DNA from: Bacteroidales bacterium
GTDB taxonomy: Bacteria > Bacteroidota > Bacteroidia > Bacteroidales > Azobacteroidaceae
Length of the DNA: 25,237 bases
NCBI GenBank assembly: GCA_031553885.1
Contig: JAVBKV010000028.1
Location: 1-25,237, forward strand
Reading direction: 5' to 3'
Part shown: positions 17,360-25,148 of the stretch, piece after piece
How the letters are laid out: every line of letters begins with the position of its first letter
Position numbering within the stretch: the stretch's first letter is position 1
Made by a program: the position numbers and the translations under genes
Notes under the pieces: model-generated
The model's input: the letters and a program-made list of their open reading frames with translations, nothing else
Told to the model about the DNA's origin: nothing
Databases searched by the model: none

Positions 17360-17385
17360 CCAAAATTATTTAAAACGCTATATTT
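17360..17385. promoter_or_regulatory. Divergent −7 boxes: CAAAATTA (17360-17367, giving TAATTTTG on −) for the Kelch gene, and TATATTTG (17378-17385, +) for the GH5 gene
   Basis: Both match TAnnTTTG and are correctly oriented, 55 nt and 35 nt from their respective start codons. Confidence 0.4.
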
Positions 17386-17419
17386 GCATCTCCAAATTAC
17401 AACTAAATTTTAGAATGTT

Positions 17420-18466
17420 ATGAAACGAGCCTCTTTTTTCTCTTTGTTATCCCTGATCTTTTGTTTCGGTATCTTTTCCATCAATGATTGTAAATCACAA
17501 CAAACAGAACCATTCGGAGTTAATCTGGCCGGTGCTGAATTCGGGCATAAAGTTCCCGCCGAAAAAGGAGAACTGGATGTGCATTACTTTTACCCTACCA
17601 CCAAAGACCTGGATTATTGGAAATCCAAAAACCTCCTGCTCATAAGGCTTCCTTTCAAATGGGAACGGATACAGAAAGAAGTGGACGGTCCTTTGTATAC
17701 GAAGGAAGTGGAAAGAATCGCCTTCCTATTGAAAGAAGCAGAAAGCCGGGGAATGCAAATCATCCTGGACCTGCACAACTACGGAAGACGTAAAGTGGGA
17801 AGCAAAGCCCGCATTATAGGGGAAGACAGCCTCAGCATTGAGAACCTGGCCAACTTCTGGGGAAAATTAGCCCGGGCTCTACAACCATACAAAAAAAGTA
17901 TCTACGGATACGGATTGATGAATGAACCGCATGATATGCTGGAATCAACTCCCTGGGAAAAAATTGCTCAGGGTTGTATCTTTGCCATTCGGAAAGAAGA
18001 CCCCGAAAGTGCCATCGTCGTGGGAGGGAATCACTGGAGTTCTGCTATGCGCTGGGATAAAGTCAGTAACGATCTGAAGAACTTGTACGATCCGGGACAG
18101 AACCTTATTTTTGAAGCTCATGTATATTTCGATGAAGACGGTTCCGGAGTCTACCGGCGTTCCTATGAAGAAGAGAAAGCCAATCCATATATCGGAATCG
18201 AACGGGTACAACCGTTTGTCAAATGGCTGAAAGAAAATAATCTGAAAGGATTCATCGGAGAATATGGAATTCCTTTTGATGATGAAAGATGGCTGATATG
18301 CCTGGATAAAATGCTGGCTTACCTTCAGGAAAGAGGAGTGAACGGCACGTACTGGGCCGCCGGCGCCCAATGGGGAAAATATCCGCTCTCCGTACAACCT
18401 GCCGACGATTATCAAACCGATAGGCCTCAGACAAAAGTATTGACCCGCTATCTGAAGACAAATTAA
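17420..18466 (+). CDS. Glycoside hydrolase family 5 (cellulase-family endo-glycanase), secreted
   Basis: Signal peptide. GH5 signature residues in order are 'RLPFKWERIQ', 'ILDLHNY', 'LMNEPH' (acid/base Glu), 'EAHVYFD', 'IGEYGIP' (nucleophile Glu) and 'TYWAAG'. Confidence 0.85.
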   Translation: MKRASFFSLLSLIFCFGIFSINDCKSQQTEPFGVNLAGAEFGHKVPAEKGELDVHYFYPTTKDLDYWKSKNLLLIRLPFKWERIQKEVDGPLYTKEVERIAFLLKEAESRGMQIILDLHNYGRRKVGSKARIIGEDSLSIENLANFWGKLARALQPYKKSIYGYGLMNEPHDMLESTPWEKIAQGCIFAIRKEDPESAIVVGGNHWSSAMRWDKVSNDLKNLYDPGQNLIFEAHVYFDEDGSGVYRRSYEEEKANPYIGIERVQPFVKWLKENNLKGFIGEYGIPFDDERWLICLDKMLAYLQERGVNGTYWAAGAQWGKYPLSVQPADDYQTDRPQTKVLTRYLKTN

Positions 18467-18495
18467 CATTTAAAGATACATAAAACTGGATTATT

Positions 18496-18963
18496 ATGCA
18501 ACTAATCGACGAAAAACTGCTGGATGATATTACACTCCTGGCCGGCAAAAGTCCCCGCCTACGGATGAATTATAATTTTCACGAAAACGAATCGGACCCG
18601 ATCAACCGCCTGCTGAACGCCATGAATCCGGGATCCTACTTCCCTCCTCACCGTCATTTGAACCCAGACAAGCTGGAGAGTTTTTTAGTGCTGAGAGGCA
18701 GTATCGTCATTTTTCTTTTTGATGACGAAGGAAATATCACGATGAAAAGAGAAATCAATCCGAAAAAAGGAGTTTACGGAATGGAAATCCCTCCGCATGT
18801 CTGGCATTCACTGATTGTACTGGAACCGGGAACCGTTGTCTACGAAGTCAAACCAGGTCCCTACGCACCATTAGCTCCTGAGAACCTGGCTCCCTGGGCG
18901 CCTCCGGCTACGGATACCGAAGCAGCACAACGCTACATGAACCAGTTATTATCCGCAGAATAA
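18496..18963 (+). CDS. WbuC-family cupin-fold metalloprotein
   Basis: Length 155 aa with 'MNPGSYFPPHRHLNPDKLESFLVLRGS...PPHVWHSLIVLEPGTVVYEVK', a cupin His/Glu pattern. It is 29 nt downstream of GH5 and probably co-transcribed. Confidence 0.6.
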   Translation: MQLIDEKLLDDITLLAGKSPRLRMNYNFHENESDPINRLLNAMNPGSYFPPHRHLNPDKLESFLVLRGSIVIFLFDDEGNITMKREINPKKGVYGMEIPPHVWHSLIVLEPGTVVYEVKPGPYAPLAPENLAPWAPPATDTEAAQRYMNQLLSAE

Positions 18964-18964
18964 A

Positions 18965-21331
18965 CTATTTTTCCTGGCGACCCCAATCTGGATTGGGTTG
19001 GGGTCCCATCTGAAAGCACAACTCTCCTCCTGCCATTATCTCTCCATGGGCAATACTCAACCGGTTAAAAGGCTGTCCATTTAAAGTGGCCGATTGGATG
19101 TAGACATTTTCCAGGGAGTTGTCAATGGCCCGGATCACAAATGTTTTCCCGTTACCCACATCGATGGTCACTTTGTCAAAAGAAGGAGATCCCAATGCAT
19201 ACTCGGGGCTTCCGGGTGCAACGGAATAAATTCCCATCGAACTGAGTGCATACCACGACGACAAGGAGCCCATGTCATCATTTCCACATAATCCTCCCGG
19301 TCCGGTACGATACAAGTGATCACAAATGTAGCGTGTCCAATACTGGGTCTTCCACGGCTGTCCTGAATAGTTGTACAAATAGGCCACGTGGTGAGAAGGC
19401 TGGTTTCCATGGACATACTGACCGATTGTACCCACCACCCCTATATACTTGGGAGGAGTGATATTCGGGTCCATTGCAAAAAAATCGTCTAATTTCCGGT
19501 TGAAAGCATCCGCACTGCCGAAAAGGCCAATCAATCCTTTTATATCGTGTTGGACCGACCAGAGGTACTGCCAGGCATTGGATTCGGTATAATAACGGTT
19601 AGGGCGACGACCCACCAGTAACGGATCAAAATAAGCATACCAGGAATGGCTTCCGGATGTCCGGATCGTTTGTTCTTTATCTCCAAGCGCTTCCAGGAAA
19701 TGTCCGTCGGATTGCTTCGGTCTCATAAAAGCAGTTTCCTGATCCCATAAATGAGCATAGTTCCCGGCACGTTTCATAAACAATGCATAGTCTTCTTCTT
19801 TTCCCAGTTCTTTCGCCAGTTGGGCAATACACCAGTCATCGTAAGCCAGTTCCAACGTATTGGGAACTGATTCCGAAACCTTATCCACGGGAGTATAACC
19901 CAGCCGGAGGTAGTAATCCAGACCCGAACGACCTGCCGATTCGGGAACCGGAGGAGCCGGAGCCTCCAGGGCTTTCTTTTTCATTGCCTGGTAAATAAAT
20001 TCGACATCATAGTCCCGGTAACCTTTCTTATAAGCATCCACGATTATCGGAATCAGGTGATCTCCAACCATAGCCTCTCCCGGAACATTGAGAAAATGCT
20101 GGGCAGGCAACCAGCCGAAATCACGGATTTTCGCTTCTATCGAACGGATGTAGTCGTTGACATGGCCAGGAGTTGCAAGTGTCAGGAACGGATGTTGTGA
20201 CCGGTAAGTATCCCAGCAGGAAAACGATCCGTAATGATCGTACCCCGTTGCCTCATGAATATTTCCATCCATACCGATGTATTTTCCATCCACATCCTGA
20301 GAGATATACTGGGACAACAACGACCGGTAAACTGCCGTATAAAACTTTTCTTTCGAATCTTCCGAAGGATCTTCAATCCGGATGCGGTTTAATTCTTCCG
20401 CCCAGGTATTGCGTGCCTCCTGGTGTACCCGATCGAAATTCCAATGTGGAATTTCCGTTTCCAGATTCTTCCTGGCTCCTTCAATACTTACGTACGACAA
20501 TGCTACTTTTATCAGAATTTCTTCCCTCTGTTTGGTAGAATATTGAAGAAACGCTCCGATTTTATTTCCCCGTTCCCCATTTTTATAGGGAAATAAACCG
20601 GCTCCCGATTCGGGTGTGGAATATTGTACATCAAAAGTACCATAATACAGGCAGGGCTTACTGAAGTGAATTACAAAATATACATCTCCTTTCAATGTGC
20701 TCCGGAAACCTTCGATCACAGTATCGCTGACAATCCGGAATTCAGACTCACGCTGAGGAGGAAAGTCCCCGATCTGGTGACCGAGATCCATAATAATCCT
20801 CGAATAATCCGACTCAGGAAAAACATAGCGATGAAAAGCCACCCGCCGGGTAGTTGTCATTTCCACCTGCACGTCATAATCATCCAAATGTACGGAATAG
20901 TACCCCGGAGAAGCCTGTTCTGTATTGTGACTGAAACGGGAACGATAGCCTTCATCCGGTTTATCTTTATCTCCCGGAACGACCTGTAATTGCTGATGAA
21001 CAGTAGGCATCAGCAATACGTCTGCGCCGGCAGTCATCCCCACTCCACTGAAATGTGTATGGCTGAATCCCATGATATTATCGTCGGAATATACATATCC
21101 CCCACAATAACTCCATCCTTTATTGTGTGTATCCGGACCGGCATGTACCAAGGCATACGGCAAAGATGCACCCGGAAAGGTATGACCGAAAAAATCGGTT
21201 CCCAGAAACGGATCAACATAGTCTACCGCTTCTTTTCCTTTTTGTACCTGGGAAGAATGACATCCACTAAATAAAAGAGCAATTATAAAAATAACGCCTG
21301 CCTGAACGTTATAAAACATGGATTTTTTCAT
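18965..21331 (-). CDS. GH92-family alpha-mannosidase (alpha-1,2-mannosidase-like), lipoprotein
   Basis: 'GGYVYSDDNIMGFSHTHFSGVGMTAGADVLLMPT' and 'YTESNAWQYLWSVQHD' are GH92 hallmarks. The N-terminal 'MKKSMFYNVQAGVIFIIALLFSGCHS' is a lipobox. The first ATG is at 21331, and the six-frame ORF extends to a TTG at 21340. Confidence 0.88.
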   Translation of the reverse strand: MKKSMFYNVQAGVIFIIALLFSGCHSSQVQKGKEAVDYVDPFLGTDFFGHTFPGASLPYALVHAGPDTHNKGWSYCGGYVYSDDNIMGFSHTHFSGVGMTAGADVLLMPTVHQQLQVVPGDKDKPDEGYRSRFSHNTEQASPGYYSVHLDDYDVQVEMTTTRRVAFHRYVFPESDYSRIIMDLGHQIGDFPPQRESEFRIVSDTVIEGFRSTLKGDVYFVIHFSKPCLYYGTFDVQYSTPESGAGLFPYKNGERGNKIGAFLQYSTKQREEILIKVALSYVSIEGARKNLETEIPHWNFDRVHQEARNTWAEELNRIRIEDPSEDSKEKFYTAVYRSLLSQYISQDVDGKYIGMDGNIHEATGYDHYGSFSCWDTYRSQHPFLTLATPGHVNDYIRSIEAKIRDFGWLPAQHFLNVPGEAMVGDHLIPIIVDAYKKGYRDYDVEFIYQAMKKKALEAPAPPVPESAGRSGLDYYLRLGYTPVDKVSESVPNTLELAYDDWCIAQLAKELGKEEDYALFMKRAGNYAHLWDQETAFMRPKQSDGHFLEALGDKEQTIRTSGSHSWYAYFDPLLVGRRPNRYYTESNAWQYLWSVQHDIKGLIGLFGSADAFNRKLDDFFAMDPNITPPKYIGVVGTIGQYVHGNQPSHHVAYLYNYSGQPWKTQYWTRYICDHLYRTGPGGLCGNDDMGSLSSWYALSSMGIYSVAPGSPEYALGSPSFDKVTIDVGNGKTFVIRAIDNSLENVYIQSATLNGQPFNRLSIAHGEIMAGGELCFQMGPQPNPDWGRQEK

Positions 21332-21343
21332 GGATTGCAACTG

Positions 21344-21357
21344 CTTAATCGATTAAG
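21344..21357. promoter_or_regulatory. Perfect 14-bp palindrome CTTAATCGATTAAG in the GH92 5' leader
   Basis: Seen directly, 13 nt upstream of the GH92 start codon. It could be an operator or an RNA hairpin. Confidence 0.3.
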
Positions 21358-21406
21358 TTAATTCGGATAAAAAAAGGGGAAACAGAAAATCCATTTTCCC
21401 TACGTG

Positions 21407-21414
21407 CAAAGTTA
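21407..21414 (-). promoter_or_regulatory. −7 box (CAAAGTTA on +, giving TAACTTTG on −) for the GH92 gene
   Basis: TAnnTTTG consensus about 75 nt upstream of the GH92 ATG. Confidence 0.35.
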
Positions 21415-21613
21415 CAAAATTTTTCGTAGTATTTGTAACAGTCGGGAAAATAATTGTTGAATTGAAAACAGATTGAAAATTCTTCACATGAAAAACGACA
21501 GTAGACCATTACAAGAAAACGTACTTATATACATGATTCTGGCTGAATCTGCTTCAAAAACCTGAAATCTAAAGACAAAGAGATATAAAAAAGTTACCTT
21601 TTTTTATAAAACA

Positions 21614-21645
21614 TTTGCTTGTTTGAAAAATTAGCAATATTTTTG
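21614..21645 (+). promoter_or_regulatory. Candidate promoter: −33 TTTG (21614-21617) and −7 TATTTTTG (21638-21645)
   Basis: The elements are 20 bp apart, and the TSS would fall inside the repeat array upstream of the ATPase gene. Confidence 0.35.
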
Positions 21646-21711
21646 TTGTTGAATTAATTTGACAATAAAATCATTGTTGATTTATTTTTACAGCAAAACA
21701 ATTGTTGAATA
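21646..21711 (+). repeat. Three direct repeats (T)TGTTGA(A/T)T(T/A) starting at 21646, 21674 and 21702, with exact 28-bp phasing. A fourth copy, AATTGTTGAATTG, lies at 21452.
   Basis: Seen directly in the AT-rich intergenic region immediately upstream of the ATG at 21723. Confidence 0.5.
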
Positions 21712-21722
21712 AAAAAAGAATT

Positions 21723-22913
21723 ATGAATATAAACTGGATCGCACCTGACATTGTTCTTGGCCCTGTTGCCACAGGAAACAACTTCTACCTCCGCAACGAT
21801 ATGGTAGAACTAATTTGGGTCGAATTAAAAAAAGGCAAATCCGTTCTGCTTGCAGCACCCCGCCGCGTAGGGAAAACTTCAGTGATGCAGTACATGGAAA
21901 GACATCCAATAGAAAACTACAAGATGATTTTCCAAAATATTCAAGGCATTGAGACGGCCAACGAATTTTTTGAAAGAATATATACGATGCTTCTAAATTG
22001 TCTGAACACAACGGATAAAGCGAAAAAATGGGTTAAAAAACTCTTAAAGTCTAAATCAATAAAAAAAATCAGTCTAGATGGAATCGAGTTTGAAACTAAA
22101 CCGACTGATTTTTTAGCGGCAACAGATACATTGCTTAAAGAATTAAATGATAATCAGGAAATTGAAAATCTTGTTTTGTTATTGGACGAACTTCCGGAAG
22201 TACTGTTTAGAATCAACAAAATAAGCAACAAGGATGCAATATCTATTCTTAAAAATTTGCGCCGTTGGCGACAACAGCCCGAAATGAACAAAAAAGTACA
22301 ATTTGTGCTTGCCGGTTCAGTGGGCATTCATTATGTGGTCGAAAAAATTGAAACGCGTAATACGGATTTGAATGATTTAATACCTCCTGTTAAGTTTGAG
22401 CCTTTATCTGATACGGAAGCCTACAACTATATTGATTGGGCAACAAAAGATGCTACAATCACTTATGATACCAGGTTAAAACAACATTTGCTTAATAAAA
22501 TACATTATTTTGTGCCGTATTTTATTAATTTGCTACTTGACGAAACAGACAAGCAGGCAAAGAAAAAGAATGCTTCGGAAATTACAACTCAAGATATTGA
22601 CACCGCTTTTGATACGGTGGTTAAATACAGTGATTATTTTAAAGATTGGAAAAAACGCCTGGACGATTATATGCCGAAAGAAGATTTCAATTTTGTAAAT
22701 GAAATTCTGGTTCATACGGCACACAAAGAATATATAACCTTACAGGAAATTTACGACAAAGCCGTTCGACACAATAAAACCGCCAGTTATAGGGATTTTA
22801 TTGACGAATTGGAAAAGGATGGGTACATTATCGAAATTAACGATCAGTATCGGTTTATATCGCCGTTTTTGAATGCATTCTGGAAAAGAAATAATCCGAT
22901 TTATACCAGTTAA
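21723..22913 (+). CDS. P-loop ATPase with a C-terminal winged-helix domain (Arch_ATPase/DUF234-like architecture), 396 aa
   Basis: 'VLLAAPRRVGKTSVM' is Walker A, 'LVLLLDELPEV' Walker B and 'VQFVLAGSVG' sensor-1-like. The C-terminal 'ITLQEIYDKAVRHNKTASYRDFIDELEKDGYIIEINDQYRFISP' is wHTH-like. The gene is in a low-GC region, and the start is taken at the first ATG (the ORF track starts at TTG 21702). Confidence 0.7.
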   Translation: MNINWIAPDIVLGPVATGNNFYLRNDMVELIWVELKKGKSVLLAAPRRVGKTSVMQYMERHPIENYKMIFQNIQGIETANEFFERIYTMLLNCLNTTDKAKKWVKKLLKSKSIKKISLDGIEFETKPTDFLAATDTLLKELNDNQEIENLVLLLDELPEVLFRINKISNKDAISILKNLRRWRQQPEMNKKVQFVLAGSVGIHYVVEKIETRNTDLNDLIPPVKFEPLSDTEAYNYIDWATKDATITYDTRLKQHLLNKIHYFVPYFINLLLDETDKQAKKKNASEITTQDIDTAFDTVVKYSDYFKDWKKRLDDYMPKEDFNFVNEILVHTAHKEYITLQEIYDKAVRHNKTASYRDFIDELEKDGYIIEINDQYRFISPFLNAFWKRNNPIYTS

Positions 22914-22924
22914 ACTTAAGTGCT

Positions 22925-25015
22925 ATGTTATCAATTTATCAAAACTCAAATGCAGATAATTACGAAAGTATTAAAGCCGGCTTTATTGTTCGCACGGCGG
23001 AATACGAAACAATTATTGCGTCATTAAAAAACAGGAAGTCTGGTGATTCTATCCAACATGAACTTATCCTGGGAAGGCGTGGCAGTGGAAAATCGACGTT
23101 ACTCAAACGCATTGAAGTTGAAATAGCTGAAAATAAAAAATTAAATGCCAAATATATTCCCGTGAATTTAGCGGAAGAACAGGCGGGAATTTATCGTTTG
23201 ATGGATTTGTGGGAACAGGTTTTGCAGGAACTATATTGTAGAAGCAATGAAAAGTATGAGATAAAGAATTTTTTCGAATTTACTGGCGAACAAGCTTATA
23301 CACGCTATCTGTATAGTGAAATCCACCGCTTTTGTGAGACTAAAAAGAAAAAAGTCGTATTACTTCTGGATAATTTCGACAGGATTGTCGGTAATTTTTC
23401 CGATGACGGTAACTTGCTACGAGAAATACTTATCAATTACCAGGATCTTGTGCTAATTGCTGCAAGCACTCAAATGGGTGAGCACTTTTGGAATTATGAC
23501 CAACCTTTCTACGAATTTTTTCGCCGTCATCGGTTAGAGGAATTGAACAGCGAGGAAACGTTTTGCCTGCTCAATCATTGGAGTCATTCGTTGGATTTTG
23601 ACGAAAAGGGAAGGATGAAAATTGACGATTTCTTGAAAAAACATACAGGAAAAGTGGAAAACATCCGGTTACTTACCGATGGATTACCCAGAACAATGTT
23701 GTTGTTTTTAAAACTGGTGTTACAAACCGAAAATCCGATGGAGGTCGATTATTTGAAAAAAATAATGGATGAAGTTACACCCTTATATCAGGAGAGGTTA
23801 CTCAATCAGACTCCACCAATGCGAAAAATAATACTTGAGATGGCCTTTATGTGGGAAGCTGTTCCGACAAAAGAAATTGCAGAGCAATGCCGGATGGAAA
23901 GTAAACTAGTAGCTGCCAACCTCAAAACGTTAACAGATCGGAATGTAGTAGAAACCATTGCTACTGATAAGCGAAATAACCTGTACCGAATTTCCGAACG
24001 TTTTTTTAATATGTGGCTGCTCGTTACGCAAGGCAATCCTGAACAAAAACGCAAAGCCCGCTGGATGAGTGATTTTTTGGAAAACTGGTACGACAAGCAG
24101 GAACTACAAACTATTGCACAACAACACATTGAAAATTTAAAGGCATGTAAACTTACAGGAGAAAAAGCGCTTGTACTTAGTAAAGGATTGAGTCAAAGCA
24201 GGTATATAAGCACTCGCTCCCGGGATGAAATAATAGATCTCACAAAAGCACAATTAAGAAAATCTCTTGATAATTATGTGCTACAGTTACCAGAACCAAT
24301 AAGAGAAATTAGTAAAAAAATTGATGCTCTTGAAAAAATAAATCCACAAAAAGCCATTGATCTTATAAATTCAATTGAAAATGAAGAGGATGGCTGGAAG
24401 GAAAATAACTTAGGTGTTATTTATGAAAATCAGGAAAAGTTCGATTTAGCTGAAAAATATTATTTGCTTGCGATTGAAAAAGGAGATGCTAGAGCCATGT
24501 TCAATTTAGGGCTTTTATATAGCAATCAGGAGAAGTTTGATTCAGCCAAAAAATATTATTTGCTCGCAATTGAAAAAGGAGATGCTAGAGCCATGTTCAA
24601 TTTGTCTTTGATATATTATTTTCAAAACAAGAACAAAGAGCAAGCAAGGCCGTATATTAGCAAATACGAAGGCAAAGAGGTTGGTAAAATTATTATAGAA
24701 ATATGGGCTGGTGTGTTTAATGCGGTGGAAGAAAGAGCTGTAGCCGTATGTAATAAAAGCAAAGAAAATGTGTTTTTTATAGAGCGCTTACTTATTCATC
24801 ATCAAAAGAGTTTAGTAGATAAACTATTTCACCATCCTGAATTCGGCAAACGTTTGCAGGAACAATATACAGTATTGTATTATGTAACTCAGATACTAAA
24901 TGGCAAGGAGAACGAGAACAACTTGATGCTACGCATTCCTCCTGAACTGCAAAGTACGGTAAACGATGTTTTGCAAAAAATAAAAGATAAACAAATTTCT
25001 TATGAAAAGGGCTAA
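22925..25015 (+). CDS. STAND-like P-loop NTPase with a winged helix and C-terminal Sel1/TPR-like repeats, 696 aa
   Basis: 'LILGRRGSGKSTLLKR' is Walker A, 'VVLLLDNFDRIV' Walker B and 'LVLIAASTQ' sensor-1. 'MRKIILEMAFMWEAVPTKEIAEQCRMESKLVAANLKTLTDRNVVETIATDKRNNLYRISERFFNMW' is a wHTH. The C-terminal 'YYLLAIEKGDARAMFNLGLLY' appears twice and is a Sel1 signature. The protein is a paralog of the upstream ATPase and starts 11 nt after it. Confidence 0.75.
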   Translation: MLSIYQNSNADNYESIKAGFIVRTAEYETIIASLKNRKSGDSIQHELILGRRGSGKSTLLKRIEVEIAENKKLNAKYIPVNLAEEQAGIYRLMDLWEQVLQELYCRSNEKYEIKNFFEFTGEQAYTRYLYSEIHRFCETKKKKVVLLLDNFDRIVGNFSDDGNLLREILINYQDLVLIAASTQMGEHFWNYDQPFYEFFRRHRLEELNSEETFCLLNHWSHSLDFDEKGRMKIDDFLKKHTGKVENIRLLTDGLPRTMLLFLKLVLQTENPMEVDYLKKIMDEVTPLYQERLLNQTPPMRKIILEMAFMWEAVPTKEIAEQCRMESKLVAANLKTLTDRNVVETIATDKRNNLYRISERFFNMWLLVTQGNPEQKRKARWMSDFLENWYDKQELQTIAQQHIENLKACKLTGEKALVLSKGLSQSRYISTRSRDEIIDLTKAQLRKSLDNYVLQLPEPIREISKKIDALEKINPQKAIDLINSIENEEDGWKENNLGVIYENQEKFDLAEKYYLLAIEKGDARAMFNLGLLYSNQEKFDSAKKYYLLAIEKGDARAMFNLSLIYYFQNKNKEQARPYISKYEGKEVGKIIIEIWAGVFNAVEERAVAVCNKSKENVFFIERLLIHHQKSLVDKLFHHPEFGKRLQEQYTVLYYVTQILNGKENENNLMLRIPPELQSTVNDVLQKIKDKQISYEKG
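24428..24619 (+). repeat. Near-perfect 96-bp (32-aa) tandem duplication of a Sel1-like repeat unit inside the ATPase gene
   Basis: The units 24428-24523 and 24524-24619 share a 39-nt identical block (GAAAAAGGAGATGCTAGAGCCATGTTCAATTT), with only a few substitutions elsewhere. Confidence 0.8.
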
Positions 25016-25132
25016 TTTAGCCAATACTTATTTCGATTTCTCCCAACATTGCTGTTTTCCGTGAGCTTTTTATATATTTGTAACAATTAATACCTGCTAA
25101 GTACGTGATATAAATTAGTTTCTATTATTTAT

Positions 25133-25140
25133 TACCTTTG
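25133..25140 (+). promoter_or_regulatory. −7 box TACCTTTG
   Basis: TAnnTTTG 8 nt upstream of the ATG at 25149. Confidence 0.4.
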
Positions 25141-25148
25141 CACCCATT

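Noticed and set aside
17945-18469. A 174-aa − strand ORF antisense to GH5 (plus 18252-18548)
   Set aside because: The sense frame carries the complete GH5 signature and the antisense frame has no features. It is a shadow ORF.
18977-19003. A GACCCCAA…TTGGGGTC inverted repeat just past the GH5-operon stop
   Set aside because: It lies inside the GH92 C-terminal coding sequence (…PNPDWGRQEK). It may still serve as an embedded terminator for the convergent genes, but it cannot be called a stand-alone feature. It is noted under the GH cluster finding.
21488-21568. A 26-codon ORF (MKNDSRPLQENVLIYMILAESASKT) in the AT-rich leader of the ATPase island
   Set aside because: It is very short, has no recognisable promoter or translation signal, and its composition does not differ from the surrounding AT-rich DNA. 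It cannot be supported from sequence alone.
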